NCBI GenBank assembly: GCA_963707865.1
Contig: OY970175.1
Span: 144,748-208,747 of the forward strand
Length of the DNA: 64,000 nt
Direction: 5' to 3'
From: an uncultured bacterium
GTDB taxonomy: Bacteria; Patescibacteriota; Minisyncoccia; UBA6257; 2-01-FULL-56-20
Shown: one piece after another, positions 8,887-17,302 of the stretch
Layout: each line of letters opens with the position of its first letter
How positions within the stretch are numbered: the first letter of the stretch is position 1
The notes under the pieces: model-generated
The model's input: the letters and a program-made list of their open reading frames with translations, nothing else
Told to the model about the DNA's origin: nothing
Databases searched by the model: none
Translations under genes and position numbers: made by a program

Positions 8887-9468
8887 ATGATTATGATACG
8901 CCGAATGAATGAATATGAAAGAAACGAGGTTGCCTTGTTCGTCCGGCAAGTGATGCGCATACAATATCATTGCGATCCTCACGAATTGCCGGAGATCATG
9001 TTTGTGGGATGGCGCGAGGGCAAATTTGTGGGAGCCATGGCGCTTTCTTTGAGTGCGGGGGAGCCGCTTCCCCTTGAAGAAACGTACGCGCTGGATTACG
9101 GATCGTTCCCTGGTGTATTCAATCGCGCAAGGATCGCGCAATTGGGGCGTTGGGTTGCCACAGTGTCGGACCTTTCCGAGGCACTCGTATATGCCGCAAT
9201 TCAGTACGCTATTCATAAAAACCGCGAATGGGGTATAGGGGAGATCAAACCGCAGGTTGCGCGGCGATTTTCGCGCATGGGCATCCGGATTTTCAGGCTT
9301 TCGGGAGGGCCTCTTCTGGGACATATCCCCGAGAGTGTTCGTCCTTACTATCTTCTGCCTCCTGTTCCTATCCCTGCCGCCATTGCGCTTCTTCCCGCGG
9401 AACGCGTGCTTCGTGAAAGAATGGAAGCGCTCATCGCACAAGGGAAGATTCGTTTTTCTCCGCCATAA
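8887..9468 (+). CDS. GNAT-fold acyltransferase-like protein (uncharacterised), translationally coupled to the E1-like gene
   Basis: NREWGIGEIKPQVARRFSRMGIRIF resembles GNAT motif A (R/Q-x-x-G-x-G/A ... G). ATG 8887 immediately follows the E1 stop at 8884-8886. 193 aa. Confidence 0.5.
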   Translation: MIMIRRMNEYERNEVALFVRQVMRIQYHCDPHELPEIMFVGWREGKFVGAMALSLSAGEPLPLEETYALDYGSFPGVFNRARIAQLGRWVATVSDLSEALVYAAIQYAIHKNREWGIGEIKPQVARRFSRMGIRIFRLSGGPLLGHIPESVRPYYLLPPVPIPAAIALLPAERVLRERMEALIAQGKIRFSPP

Positions 9469-9473
9469 TAATC

Positions 9474-9503
9474 AATCGGCTCCGGCACGCGTCGGAGCCG
9501 ATT
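9474..9503 (+). terminator. Hairpin (11-bp perfect stem AATCGGCTCCG / CGGAGCCGATT) after the E1-GNAT operon, putative intrinsic terminator
   Basis: Perfect stem with an 8-nt loop, followed by a TTTG tract. The U-tract is weak. Confidence 0.4.
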
Positions 9504-9531
9504 TGCCAATCAATTTGGTATCTTTAATACA

Positions 9532-11655
9532 ATGCTTTTGGAACTTATCGCACACATCGTCATAGACGGCCTCAATCTCGGCGTCGGCATATATGTATTC
9601 CTGAAAAATCCGCGGGGGATCATCCATCGTTCGTTCTTCATTTTCACGCTCGGCATCGTAGGATGGAGCGCGAGCATGATGCTCGTTTCTCTCACGGGAC
9701 AATTTTGGCCTGCGATCGCCGCATTCTGGAGCGGCGAGATCGTGGTCCTGGGTTTTGTTTTGCTTGCGGAAGTTTTCCCTGAAAGCAGGCATCTTCGTAA
9801 GCGCTTTTTACTTTGGCTCTTGCCATGGTGCGGGCTGGCATTACTCACACCGTTCGGCGCGTTCATTCGCGACGCGCGGTTCAATGCCGCGGGATATCTG
9901 GAACCGCAGCACGGCCCACTCTTCCCGCTTTTCGGGCTCGTGGTCGGCGCTTACATCTTATGGAGCATCATTACGATGGTCCGGAAGTATCGGCGTCTCC
10001 GCGGCATTCATCGCGTGCAGATGCGCTATTTTGCGGCAGGCGCGTGCACATTCCTTTTCCTCGCGTTCCTTTCCAACGCACTCCTTCCTCTTTTTGGCAT
10101 CGTGGAGTTTAATCTTCTCGGCCCGCTCTTTTCCGTCGTTTTCATTGCGAGCACGGCGTACGCCATCGTGCGGCATCAGTTCATGGATATCCGCATCGTT
10201 GTCCAGCGCGGGCTTCTGTACGCGCTTTCCATTGGCCTCATTGCGTGCATCTTCTTCGGGATAGATTTTGTAGTGAGGACGTTCACGCAAACCAACGGAT
10301 GGGCCGACGACGTCGCGGCAGCCATCGTGGGCGCATTCGGCTTTGTATGGTTCCGGCGTTTCTTTGAGCGCGTGACCGACCCTTTCTTTTTCCGCAACGA
10401 TTACGATTATGCAGCTGCGGTTCGGGAGCTCGGGCTCCTTTTGCATTCAACCATTGACCTTGCGGTTCTCTTGCAATCCCTGGATACGTTTCTTATGCAG
10501 ACGATAAAACCGGAAAGAAGCGTATTTTTATACGATGCCCCCGATAAGCGAAAGATCCGTGCGTTCTTTCACGGAGCCGATGAATCGTTTCTTGAGGGGG
10601 AATACGAAGATGTTTGCGTGAATATTTTTGAGAAAAAAACGGATCAGTTTCTTCTCCAGGAATGGGAAGAGAGATTGGAGAGTGGACAAGGCGTGTCGGA
10701 GGCCGACCACCGCGCGGTGATTGCGTGCGCGGAGAAGCTTAAAATCGGTGCCGCCGTACCGTTTATGGTGCGAGGCAAAGCGGTGGCCGTGATGCTCTTG
10801 GGAAAGAAGCTTTCCGGCGATATCTTCAGATTGAAAGATATTGAGTTTCTTGGGGTTCTTGCCCACCAGGCCGGGATGGCGATAGAAAACGCCCGACTTT
10901 ACGAAGAGGCGCGGCGCTATGGTGAGGAGCTGGAGATGCGCGTCGCGGAGCGCACGGAAGAGGTGCGCGTCATGCAGGAAGCGCAAGCAAAGTTCATCAC
11001 CGACGCGTCGCACGAGCTACAGACCCCGGTTGCCATCCTCAGGGGCAATTTAGAAGTCTTGGAGGGGAAGCGGAAGGGGGACCGCAAGACAGCGTTCGGA
11101 GTGATGTCAAAGACCATTGAACGGATGTCGCGGGCGACCAATAACCTTCTTACCATCGCGAGATTAAATTTTTCTAAAAAGAAACTTCACAAACAGGAAA
11201 TTATAGTGGAAGATCTTTTGGGGGAAGCGTACGACGATTGCATTGTCCTCGCAGAAAATAAAGGAGTACTTCTTTCCTATGCGAGCGATCCCGCGCACGT
11301 TGCGGGCGACAGGGACAAGCTCAAAGAGGTGATCCTGAACTTCGTGAGCAACGCGCTTAAGCACACGCCGCGCGGCGGGCGGATAACGCTCTCGGGAAAA
11401 ACGGACAGCGGCAATATTCTGATCGTTGTTGAAGACACTGGCTCGGGCATCGCGCCGGAGAACCTACCGCATATTTTCGAGCGTTTTTATCGGATCAAAA
11501 CGGACGACGCTTTCGGCACGGGCCTTGGATTAGATATCTGCCGGCAGATTATAGAGGCGCACGGCGGCACCGTCCGTGCAGAGAGCGAACTTTCGAAAGG
11601 CAGCCGCTTCATAGTTTCCCTGCCCGCGCTCCAATCCTCGGGACATGATGCCTAA
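9532..11655 (+). CDS. Sensor histidine kinase with N-terminal 7TM (7TMR-DISM-like) domain, GAF domain, HisKA and HATPase_c
   Basis: About 280 aa of multi-pass membrane region, a GAF-like block (KLKIGAAVPFMVRGKAVAVMLLG...ENARLYEEA), the H-box FITDASHELQTPVAI, and N/G boxes (NALKHTPRGG, EDTGSGIAPE, GTGLGL). No adjacent response regulator. Confidence 0.85.
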   Translation: MLLELIAHIVIDGLNLGVGIYVFLKNPRGIIHRSFFIFTLGIVGWSASMMLVSLTGQFWPAIAAFWSGEIVVLGFVLLAEVFPESRHLRKRFLLWLLPWCGLALLTPFGAFIRDARFNAAGYLEPQHGPLFPLFGLVVGAYILWSIITMVRKYRRLRGIHRVQMRYFAAGACTFLFLAFLSNALLPLFGIVEFNLLGPLFSVVFIASTAYAIVRHQFMDIRIVVQRGLLYALSIGLIACIFFGIDFVVRTFTQTNGWADDVAAAIVGAFGFVWFRRFFERVTDPFFFRNDYDYAAAVRELGLLLHSTIDLAVLLQSLDTFLMQTIKPERSVFLYDAPDKRKIRAFFHGADESFLEGEYEDVCVNIFEKKTDQFLLQEWEERLESGQGVSEADHRAVIACAEKLKIGAAVPFMVRGKAVAVMLLGKKLSGDIFRLKDIEFLGVLAHQAGMAIENARLYEEARRYGEELEMRVAERTEEVRVMQEAQAKFITDASHELQTPVAILRGNLEVLEGKRKGDRKTAFGVMSKTIERMSRATNNLLTIARLNFSKKKLHKQEIIVEDLLGEAYDDCIVLAENKGVLLSYASDPAHVAGDRDKLKEVILNFVSNALKHTPRGGRITLSGKTDSGNILIVVEDTGSGIAPENLPHIFERFYRIKTDDAFGTGLGLDICRQIIEAHGGTVRAESELSKGSRFIVSLPALQSSGHDA

Positions 11656-11667
11656 CTATCTGCTATA

Positions 11668-12444
11668 ATGAAACCAAAGCCTAAAACCATGACTACTTCC
11701 ACCGGCCTGCGCGGCAATCTCTACGTTCAACGTGCGGATGATTTGATTTTGGATGGAGGAGAGAAACAATACGTGCTTCGGCTGCGCGATCTCCCTATAG
11801 AAGAAAAACCGCGCGAAAAACTTCTGAAATATGGGCCGGCGGCCCTTTCTGTTACGGAGCTTCTTACCATTGTGCTGAATACCGGAACTACGAAAGAGGG
11901 TGTGCTCGCAATGTCGCGCCGGCTTCTTAAGGAATACGGCGAGAGCGCCATCGTGCATCAAAAAGACCCCAAGAAGATACAAGACGCCCTCGGTATCCCG
12001 TTTGTGAAAGCGTGCCAGGTGGTGGCGTGCTTTGAGCTCGGGAGGAGATTTTTCCGGGCCGACGGGAAAAAGCCGGTCATCATACGGACCGCAAACCAGG
12101 TCTACGAATATCTAAAGGATATGCGCGACCTGCCGAAGGAGCATCTGCGGGGGCTCTATCTTGATGGCCACTACCAGCTGGTTCACGACGAAGTGATCTC
12201 CATTGGCAGTTTGACCTCCAACATCATCCATCCGCGCGAGGTGTTCCGGCCTGCAATTGAGTATTCCGCCTCCGCCGTGATCCTTGCACACAATCACCCG
12301 TCGGGCGTGTCAAAACCCTCCGAAGCTGATCTTACGATCACGCGCCAGATCGTGGAAGCGGGAAAAATCGTGGGTATTAGCCTTCTGGACCACGTAATCG
12401 TGACGAAAGCTAAGTATGAAAGCATTCCGGTGGAATACAATTGA
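11668..12444 (+). CDS. radC: RadC-family protein (JAB/MPN metallo-domain, UPF0758)
   Basis: C-terminal HNHPSGVSKPSEADLTITRQ JAMM motif, and an HhH-like N-terminal region. Confidence 0.85.
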   Translation: MKPKPKTMTTSTGLRGNLYVQRADDLILDGGEKQYVLRLRDLPIEEKPREKLLKYGPAALSVTELLTIVLNTGTTKEGVLAMSRRLLKEYGESAIVHQKDPKKIQDALGIPFVKACQVVACFELGRRFFRADGKKPVIIRTANQVYEYLKDMRDLPKEHLRGLYLDGHYQLVHDEVISIGSLTSNIIHPREVFRPAIEYSASAVILAHNHPSGVSKPSEADLTITRQIVEAGKIVGISLLDHVIVTKAKYESIPVEYN

Positions 12445-12454
12445 CGCGGTACCG

Positions 12455-12500
12455 GTATGTTAACCATTGACACGATAGGTTAACATAGGTTAACCTATAA
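12455..12500 (+). promoter_or_regulatory. Operator-like cluster of three GTTAAC(C) motifs with a TTGACA -35-like box upstream of the HTH/Doc pair
   Basis: atgttaaccattgacacgataggttaacataggttaacctataagcc. GGTTAAC-ATA-GGTTAAC is near-palindromic. Confidence 0.4.
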
Positions 12501-12503
12501 GCC

Positions 12504-12758
12504 ATGGAGCAAACCTTACTTTCAGTGGGAGAGGCTGCAAAGATTTTGGGAATCAGCCGGATCGCGGTGTTCAAGAAGATAAAATCCGGCAAGATAAAAG
12601 CCGTCAAAACGGGACGCAATTTTGTGATTCAAAGGAATGATCTTGCGGAGGCATTGGGCGAGAGTATCGGGGAAGATAAAAAACGCGAAATAGAGAAGGT
12701 GGTGAATAGGGCCGTGAGGGAATACAAAGAAGTTTTCAGGCGATTGGGCAAGGAATGA
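12504..12758 (+). CDS. Helix-turn-helix DNA-binding protein (excisionase/MerR-type), putative antitoxin
   Basis: LSVGEAAKILGISRIAVFKKIKSGKIKAVKTGRNFVI HTH. The 4-nt overlap (ATGA) with the downstream Doc/Fic gene is typical of a type II toxin-antitoxin pair. Confidence 0.7.
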   Translation: MEQTLLSVGEAAKILGISRIAVFKKIKSGKIKAVKTGRNFVIQRNDLAEALGESIGEDKKREIEKVVNRAVREYKEVFRRLGKE

Positions 12759-13177
12759 GGACACAGCGCATCACCATTAAGGAGGTTGAATATACCGCTC
12801 ATAAATTGGCGAGAAAGTTTATGACATGGGATGAACCGATCCCAGATTTTGGTTCGCGTTTTCCAAACGTGCTTGAGAGTTGCCTCGGCGTTCCATTCCA
12901 GACATTTCGGAAAAAGTCTCTCTACAAAGGCATTGAGGGAAAGAGTGCTATCTTGTTCTATCTGATGGTAAAAAATCACCCTTTTGAAAATGGGAACAAG
13001 CGGATAGCGGTTATGACGCTTCTATTATTTCTATATAGAAATGGGAAATGGCTTAAGGTGAGCAATGAATCGTTATACTTTTTTGCCAAAGACATTGCCG
13101 AAAGCGATCCGAAGCGAAAAGAGCTGGCGATTTTTTCAATACAAGGTTTTATAAGAGAATACATCGTCAATTTCTGA
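12755..13177 (+). CDS. Doc/Fic-family toxin
   Basis: Active-site motif HPFENGNKR, which is Doc-type (HxFx(D/N)(A/G)NKR). 140 aa, in a locally AT-rich segment. Confidence 0.8.
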   Translation: MRTQRITIKEVEYTAHKLARKFMTWDEPIPDFGSRFPNVLESCLGVPFQTFRKKSLYKGIEGKSAILFYLMVKNHPFENGNKRIAVMTLLLFLYRNGKWLKVSNESLYFFAKDIAESDPKRKELAIFSIQGFIREYIVNF

Positions 13178-13205
13178 TTTTTTTGCTATCATTTGGTATG
13201 TTCCT

Positions 13206-13916
13206 ATGATCCAGTTTTCCCACCTCACAAAGACCTACAAGAAGCGGAACGTAGTGGACGATTTTTCGCTCGCGGTGGACGTGCCTATTTTCGGATTTCT
13301 CGGCCAGAACGGGGCGGGGAAGACGACGGTCATGAAAATGATCGTGGGATTGCTCCAGCCGACCGCAGGGGCGATCATGCTGGACGGGAAGGCCTCGTGC
13401 GATGTGGCCTCAAAGCGGCGGATGGGATATATGCCGGAAACGCCATATTTCTACGAACGGATGACGGGGCTCACATTCATGCGTTTTTGCGACGAGCTTG
13501 TGGGCGCGCACAAGGGAAATCGCACGGCGCACTACGAGGCGCTCCTCAAACGCACGGGCATCTACGAGGCGCGGAACGCGGAAGTGCGGACGTATTCAAA
13601 GGGCATGCGCCAGCGGCTTGGCTTTGCGCAGGCACTGGTGGGCGATCCGGAATATCTTTTTTTGGATGAGCCGCTGGACGGGCTTGATCCTCTCGGCCGG
13701 CGCGAGATGAAAGAGGTGATGCGTGAGCTCAAAAAAGAGGGAAGAAAGATCTTTTTGAACACGCACATCCTCTACGACGTCGAGGAAGTGTGCGACGAGA
13801 TGGGCGTGATCCACGAGGGAAGATTGCTCTATGCGGGGTCGGTGAAGAAATTCTGCGCCGGGAAGCCGCTCGAAGAGCAATTCGTCGCGACCGTCATCGC
13901 ACAAGGGAAGACATGA
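13206..13916 (+). CDS. ABC transporter ATP-binding protein
   Basis: Walker A GQNGAGKTT, signature YSKGMRQRLGFA, Walker B LFLDEPLDGLD. Confidence 0.85.
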   Translation: MIQFSHLTKTYKKRNVVDDFSLAVDVPIFGFLGQNGAGKTTVMKMIVGLLQPTAGAIMLDGKASCDVASKRRMGYMPETPYFYERMTGLTFMRFCDELVGAHKGNRTAHYEALLKRTGIYEARNAEVRTYSKGMRQRLGFAQALVGDPEYLFLDEPLDGLDPLGRREMKEVMRELKKEGRKIFLNTHILYDVEEVCDEMGVIHEGRLLYAGSVKKFCAGKPLEEQFVATVIAQGKT

Positions 13917-14677
13917 AGAACATTTTCGTCGTCGCAAAAAATACGTTCAAGCTTGAGCTTCGCGACAAGATTCTCTACGGCATCATCGTGTTCGCCCTGC
14001 TTTATATCTTCTTTGAACTTTTCCTTGCGAATCTGGTGCTCAGGGAGCTCCCAATGGTGAAAAGCTTCGGCCTCACCGGCATCTATTTCTTCAACGCGAT
14101 CATCGCGCTTTTCTTGGGTACTACGTCGTTCTTCAAGGACGTGGACCGCAAGGTGGTCTATTTCATCCTTTCAAAGCCGGTTTCGCGGGCGCAGTTCCTG
14201 CTCGGCAAGTTCGTGGGGCTCTGCGCGGTGCTCCTGCTCACGACCGCCATCCTTGGCGTCGCGTACCTTGGCCTCATCGCCTATAATCATGGCGGGTTTG
14301 ATGCGTTGGGTCTCGTCGCCATCATCATGCAATACCTTGAAATGGCGCTCTTCATCGCGTTCGCGCTTTTCGTTTCCACGTTCTCCAGCTCGCTCTTGTC
14401 CATCGTGTATACGTCCGCCGTGTTCTTCCTCGGCCACGTCGTAAGCTCACTCATTGCCGATGCGCAGGCAATCGGCGTCATGGGCATACAATATCGTCTC
14501 GTCCAAGTGTTCTATTACGTATTCCCGAACCTGGAAAAGTTTGACGTCCGCGCGCTTGCCATTCACGACGTCGCGACACCCTTTCTTTCCTTCGCTTTTG
14601 CGCTGGCCTATGCGCTCGCATACATCATTTTTCTCCTTGCAGCCTCCGTGTGGATTTTCAACCGGAAGGAAATTTAG
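13913..14677 (+). CDS. ABC-2-type transporter permease
   Basis: ATG 13913 overlaps the upstream stop (ATGA). Six predicted hydrophobic helices. The ORF-track start at 13790 is an in-frame upstream extension. Confidence 0.7.
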   Translation: MKNIFVVAKNTFKLELRDKILYGIIVFALLYIFFELFLANLVLRELPMVKSFGLTGIYFFNAIIALFLGTTSFFKDVDRKVVYFILSKPVSRAQFLLGKFVGLCAVLLLTTAILGVAYLGLIAYNHGGFDALGLVAIIMQYLEMALFIAFALFVSTFSSSLLSIVYTSAVFFLGHVVSSLIADAQAIGVMGIQYRLVQVFYYVFPNLEKFDVRALAIHDVATPFLSFAFALAYALAYIIFLLAASVWIFNRKEI

Positions 14678-14686
14678 ATTCTAGTC

Positions 14687-15556
14687 ATGCGATCGCTCTC
14701 GACCGGCGCGGTTTCCAAAACACTCTTTCTGCTTTTAATGCTCGGCTTGGTGATCGTTGCCCAATATGCGTACGATGCGACGCGCTTCGCGCCTTCCGCC
14801 GTGATTCTCGGGACATCCTCGCCCGAGATGGTGCGGATGGTGGATATGGGTTTCCATGCAGCAGTGGGGTCGTTCCTCTGGGCCGGAACGCTGCCGGAGA
14901 TTTTGGATTTTTTCCATGGGCGATCGGAGTATTTCCCAGACCTCGCTTTTCTGAATGGCGTGGATCCCAAACTGAGCTATCCCTATGCGTTCTCGGTGAT
15001 TACGCTTCCGGTGGTACCAAAACAGTTACTTCCCGACGCCGTGCAGCGGGCGCAGGCAATAGGGCAAGAGGGCATCGCGAACGCCGATCCCGATTGGCGT
15101 ATTCCGTACTACATGGCGATCAATTATTATCTGGAACTCAAGGATTTGAAAGACGCTACATGGTATTTTAATGTGGCCGCGAATACCCGAGGAGTTCCTT
15201 CGTACGCCGAGCGCTTCGCGTTGAACTTTGGTATCAGCCAAAAAGAGCGCGATCGCGTGCGGAATCTTTGGGCAACGGTGTACGAGAGTACCAACGATCC
15301 CGATACGAAGGCACGTGCCGCGGCGTACGTCACGCGGCTGAACGACTTTGATTATCTTGAGGCGGCGGCGAAAACGTACCAGCAAAAATACGGTTCATAT
15401 CCTACCTCCACCGATGCGCTCGTCGCGAAGGGTATCATCCCTGCGGTGCCGCAGGACCCGTTCGGATTCACGTTTACGATTGACAGTCAGACCGGCGTCG
15501 CGGGGTTGGACTACACGAAACTGCCGGCATACGTCACCGCCCTGCCGCAGCAATGA
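14687..15556 (+). CDS. Hypothetical membrane-anchored protein, third gene of the ABC operon
   Basis: 289-aa ORF with an N-terminal signal/anchor helix and no recognisable catalytic motif. Confidence 0.5.
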   Translation: MRSLSTGAVSKTLFLLLMLGLVIVAQYAYDATRFAPSAVILGTSSPEMVRMVDMGFHAAVGSFLWAGTLPEILDFFHGRSEYFPDLAFLNGVDPKLSYPYAFSVITLPVVPKQLLPDAVQRAQAIGQEGIANADPDWRIPYYMAINYYLELKDLKDATWYFNVAANTRGVPSYAERFALNFGISQKERDRVRNLWATVYESTNDPDTKARAAAYVTRLNDFDYLEAAAKTYQQKYGSYPTSTDALVAKGIIPAVPQDPFGFTFTIDSQTGVAGLDYTKLPAYVTALPQQ

Positions 15557-16424
15557 AGTCCCTTATTTTATTAACGACACTGGTCTCTTTGCCACGAAAG
15601 CCGTGCAGAGCGTTCGGGATGATTGAAATGATGGTTTGTTTTGATTGAACATTTTTTGTGAACCATCGGGCGATTTCTTTGGTATCGCGGTCACGGAATT
15701 CGTCGTTCCCCGCAAAAACGACAAGTAAGGGGATTTTTATTTTTCGGAGTGTCCGTGGCGTTTTCTTGGGTTGCGCGTAGGTAAAGATTTCTTCCTTGCT
15801 GTCCGGAGTGTTCAGACTCAGGAATCGTTGCGCGTCCAAAAGATTGGGCCAGATATTTTTCGGCATAAATTCATGAAGCCGCTTCTGTTTGACGAGCTGT
15901 TTGGCAACAGCCTGCGCACGTGCGAGCTTTCTTGGATCGGTGAATTTTTTGCTGTATGAATAATCGCTGATCGGGCAGAGAAGCGCCGCTCCTCGAATTT
16001 TTCTCTGTTTGTTTCTATGGCTCAAGTAATAGGCGATCTTCTGGCAGCCCGTAGAATGGCCGACAAGGTAAATTTCCTTCACGCTTTTCTTTAAAAGGAA
16101 GTTTACTGCTCCCTGGATATCATCAGTGCAGTCGGTAAATACTTCGTGGGTTTCGCCGGCGAGTTTCCGCGTATAACCTTTCTTCGAATTTCTTTTGATC
16201 TTCTTTATCCCCGTCACCTTGTCGTGCCCGCGATTGCTAAAAAAGATGATCGCGGTATTTTTGTCTGCGAGAGGGACGAGAAAGTCGTGGTTCGCAAAGG
16301 CGGTTGAAGCTAAACCATGTACGAAAACAATACCGCGTCGTGGCCAGTTACCGCCGAACCAAAGGCCGTCCAGAAGAAATTTCTTCGGCGTGACGATTGT
16401 GATTGGCAGACAGCGCTTTTCCAT
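15534..16424 (-). CDS. Alpha/beta-hydrolase fold protein
   Basis: GHSTG nucleophile elbow and FVHGLAST oxyanion-region motif. 296 aa. Confidence 0.75.
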   Translation of the reverse strand: MEKRCLPITIVTPKKFLLDGLWFGGNWPRRGIVFVHGLASTAFANHDFLVPLADKNTAIIFFSNRGHDKVTGIKKIKRNSKKGYTRKLAGETHEVFTDCTDDIQGAVNFLLKKSVKEIYLVGHSTGCQKIAYYLSHRNKQRKIRGAALLCPISDYSYSKKFTDPRKLARAQAVAKQLVKQKRLHEFMPKNIWPNLLDAQRFLSLNTPDSKEEIFTYAQPKKTPRTLRKIKIPLLVVFAGNDEFRDRDTKEIARWFTKNVQSKQTIISIIPNALHGFRGKETSVVNKIRDFIAAAGR

Positions 16425-16476
16425 ATCAAAATCTTACGGCATGCCCTGTGGATTGACAAACCCACACTTCCGCGCC

Positions 16477-16611
16477 ATGCTGGAGGTAATGGCAATATTT
16501 GGAATACAAGCGGTTCTCGCACTTTCCCTGGGCCTTCTCCTCGTGCTTTTGCTTATCCTTTCACAAAAAAGGCGGGGAAGTGTCGCGTACGCAAAAATAA
16601 GAAAAAAGTAG
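16477..16611 (+). CDS. Possible small hydrophobic peptide (44 aa: one TM helix plus a basic tail), followed by an intrinsic terminator
   Basis: MLEVMAIFGIQAVLALSLGLLLVLLLILSQKRRGSVAYAKIRKK. No clear SD. Called only because a strong + strand terminator follows 23 nt after the stop. Confidence 0.3.
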   Translation: MLEVMAIFGIQAVLALSLGLLLVLLLILSQKRRGSVAYAKIRKK

Positions 16612-16633
16612 AAAGAACCAAACGAAGACACCG

Positions 16634-16660
16634 AAACCTCCCCGCCAGGGGAGGTTTTTT
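16634..16660 (+). terminator. Rho-independent terminator
   Basis: CCTCCCC-GCCA-GGGGAGG stem-loop followed by TTTTTT. Confidence 0.65.
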
Positions 16661-16785
16661 GGTCATCCGGCCTGAAAATTGATTGATGTGGGGAGCGATA
16701 CTGACGCAGGAATCCAACAATTAATTTTCAGACCAGAGTGAATCCTCTGATCTGAAAACCCATTTTAGTTCTTTGGGAGGTTAAT

Positions 16786-17004
16786 ATGGACGACCGCAAT
16801 AAACTTGCGAATAACAGGAGGGAATTCGTTCGAGTTCAAAATGTCTCTCGAGAAGAGGCGGGCAGGATGATCGATCTTATCCCGCTTGGTTATAAGGAGG
16901 AGAGAGAATTTTGGCGGGAATGGTTCTCTGGGCAAATGGAGAGATTGCCACCAGATTACCCTCTTATTCTCCCTGCCGATTTTGGGCGTGGACCGGGAAT
17001 CTGA
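16786..17004 (+). CDS. Hypothetical small protein (72 aa)
   Basis: Strong RBS GGGAGG 6 nt upstream of the ATG. Charged, Trp-rich sequence. Confidence 0.5.
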   Translation: MDDRNKLANNRREFVRVQNVSREEAGRMIDLIPLGYKEEREFWREWFSGQMERLPPDYPLILPADFGRGPGI

Positions 17005-17069
17005 TTCTCCAGGATTGAGTCGTGTTTGATTTCATAACCAGTTTCGAAGGAAAAGGAGGCAAGAAAGAC

Positions 17070-17237
17070 ATGAATGACAAAACCCCTAAGGTTGATCCGC
17101 GTCCTGAGCCACAACCGGAGCGGAAAATCACGCGAGTTGCGGCAATGAATAAGAAGGCGATAGCAACGGCATTGCCCGGTCCTCGTCGTCCGGAGAACGA
17201 AACTCGCAGTTCGTTCGATCTGTGGGCAAGATTTTAA
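17070..17237 (+). CDS. Hypothetical small Pro/Arg-rich protein (55 aa)
   Basis: AAGGAGG RBS about 10 nt upstream of ATG 17070. The ORF-track start at 17022 lacks an RBS. Confidence 0.45.
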   Translation: MNDKTPKVDPRPEPQPERKITRVAAMNKKAIATALPGPRRPENETRSSFDLWARF

Positions 17238-17264
17238 GATTTGTCCACAAACCGAACATCCCTG

Positions 17265-17298
17265 GCGGGAGCTAGTCAGCTCCCGCCTCCACTTTTTA
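17265..17298 (+). terminator. Rho-independent terminator
   Basis: GGCGGGAGCT-AGTC-AGCTCCCGCC perfect 10-bp stem followed by TCCACTTTTTAT. Confidence 0.6.
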
Positions 17299-17302
17299 TA
17301 TC

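Noticed and set aside
8233-9441. 402-aa ORF on the minus strand spanning the E1-like and GNAT genes
   Set aside because: Entirely antisense to two well-supported genes. Arg/His-rich, low-complexity translation with no motif. Long antisense ORFs are expected at ~55% GC.
11668-12444. RadC (JAB domain) plus E1-like gene as a bacterial ubiquitin-like conjugation/deconjugation system
   Set aside because: The two are separated by a 2.1-kb histidine-kinase gene and a terminator-like hairpin, and no Ubl or E2 gene is present. RadC is a widespread stand-alone gene.
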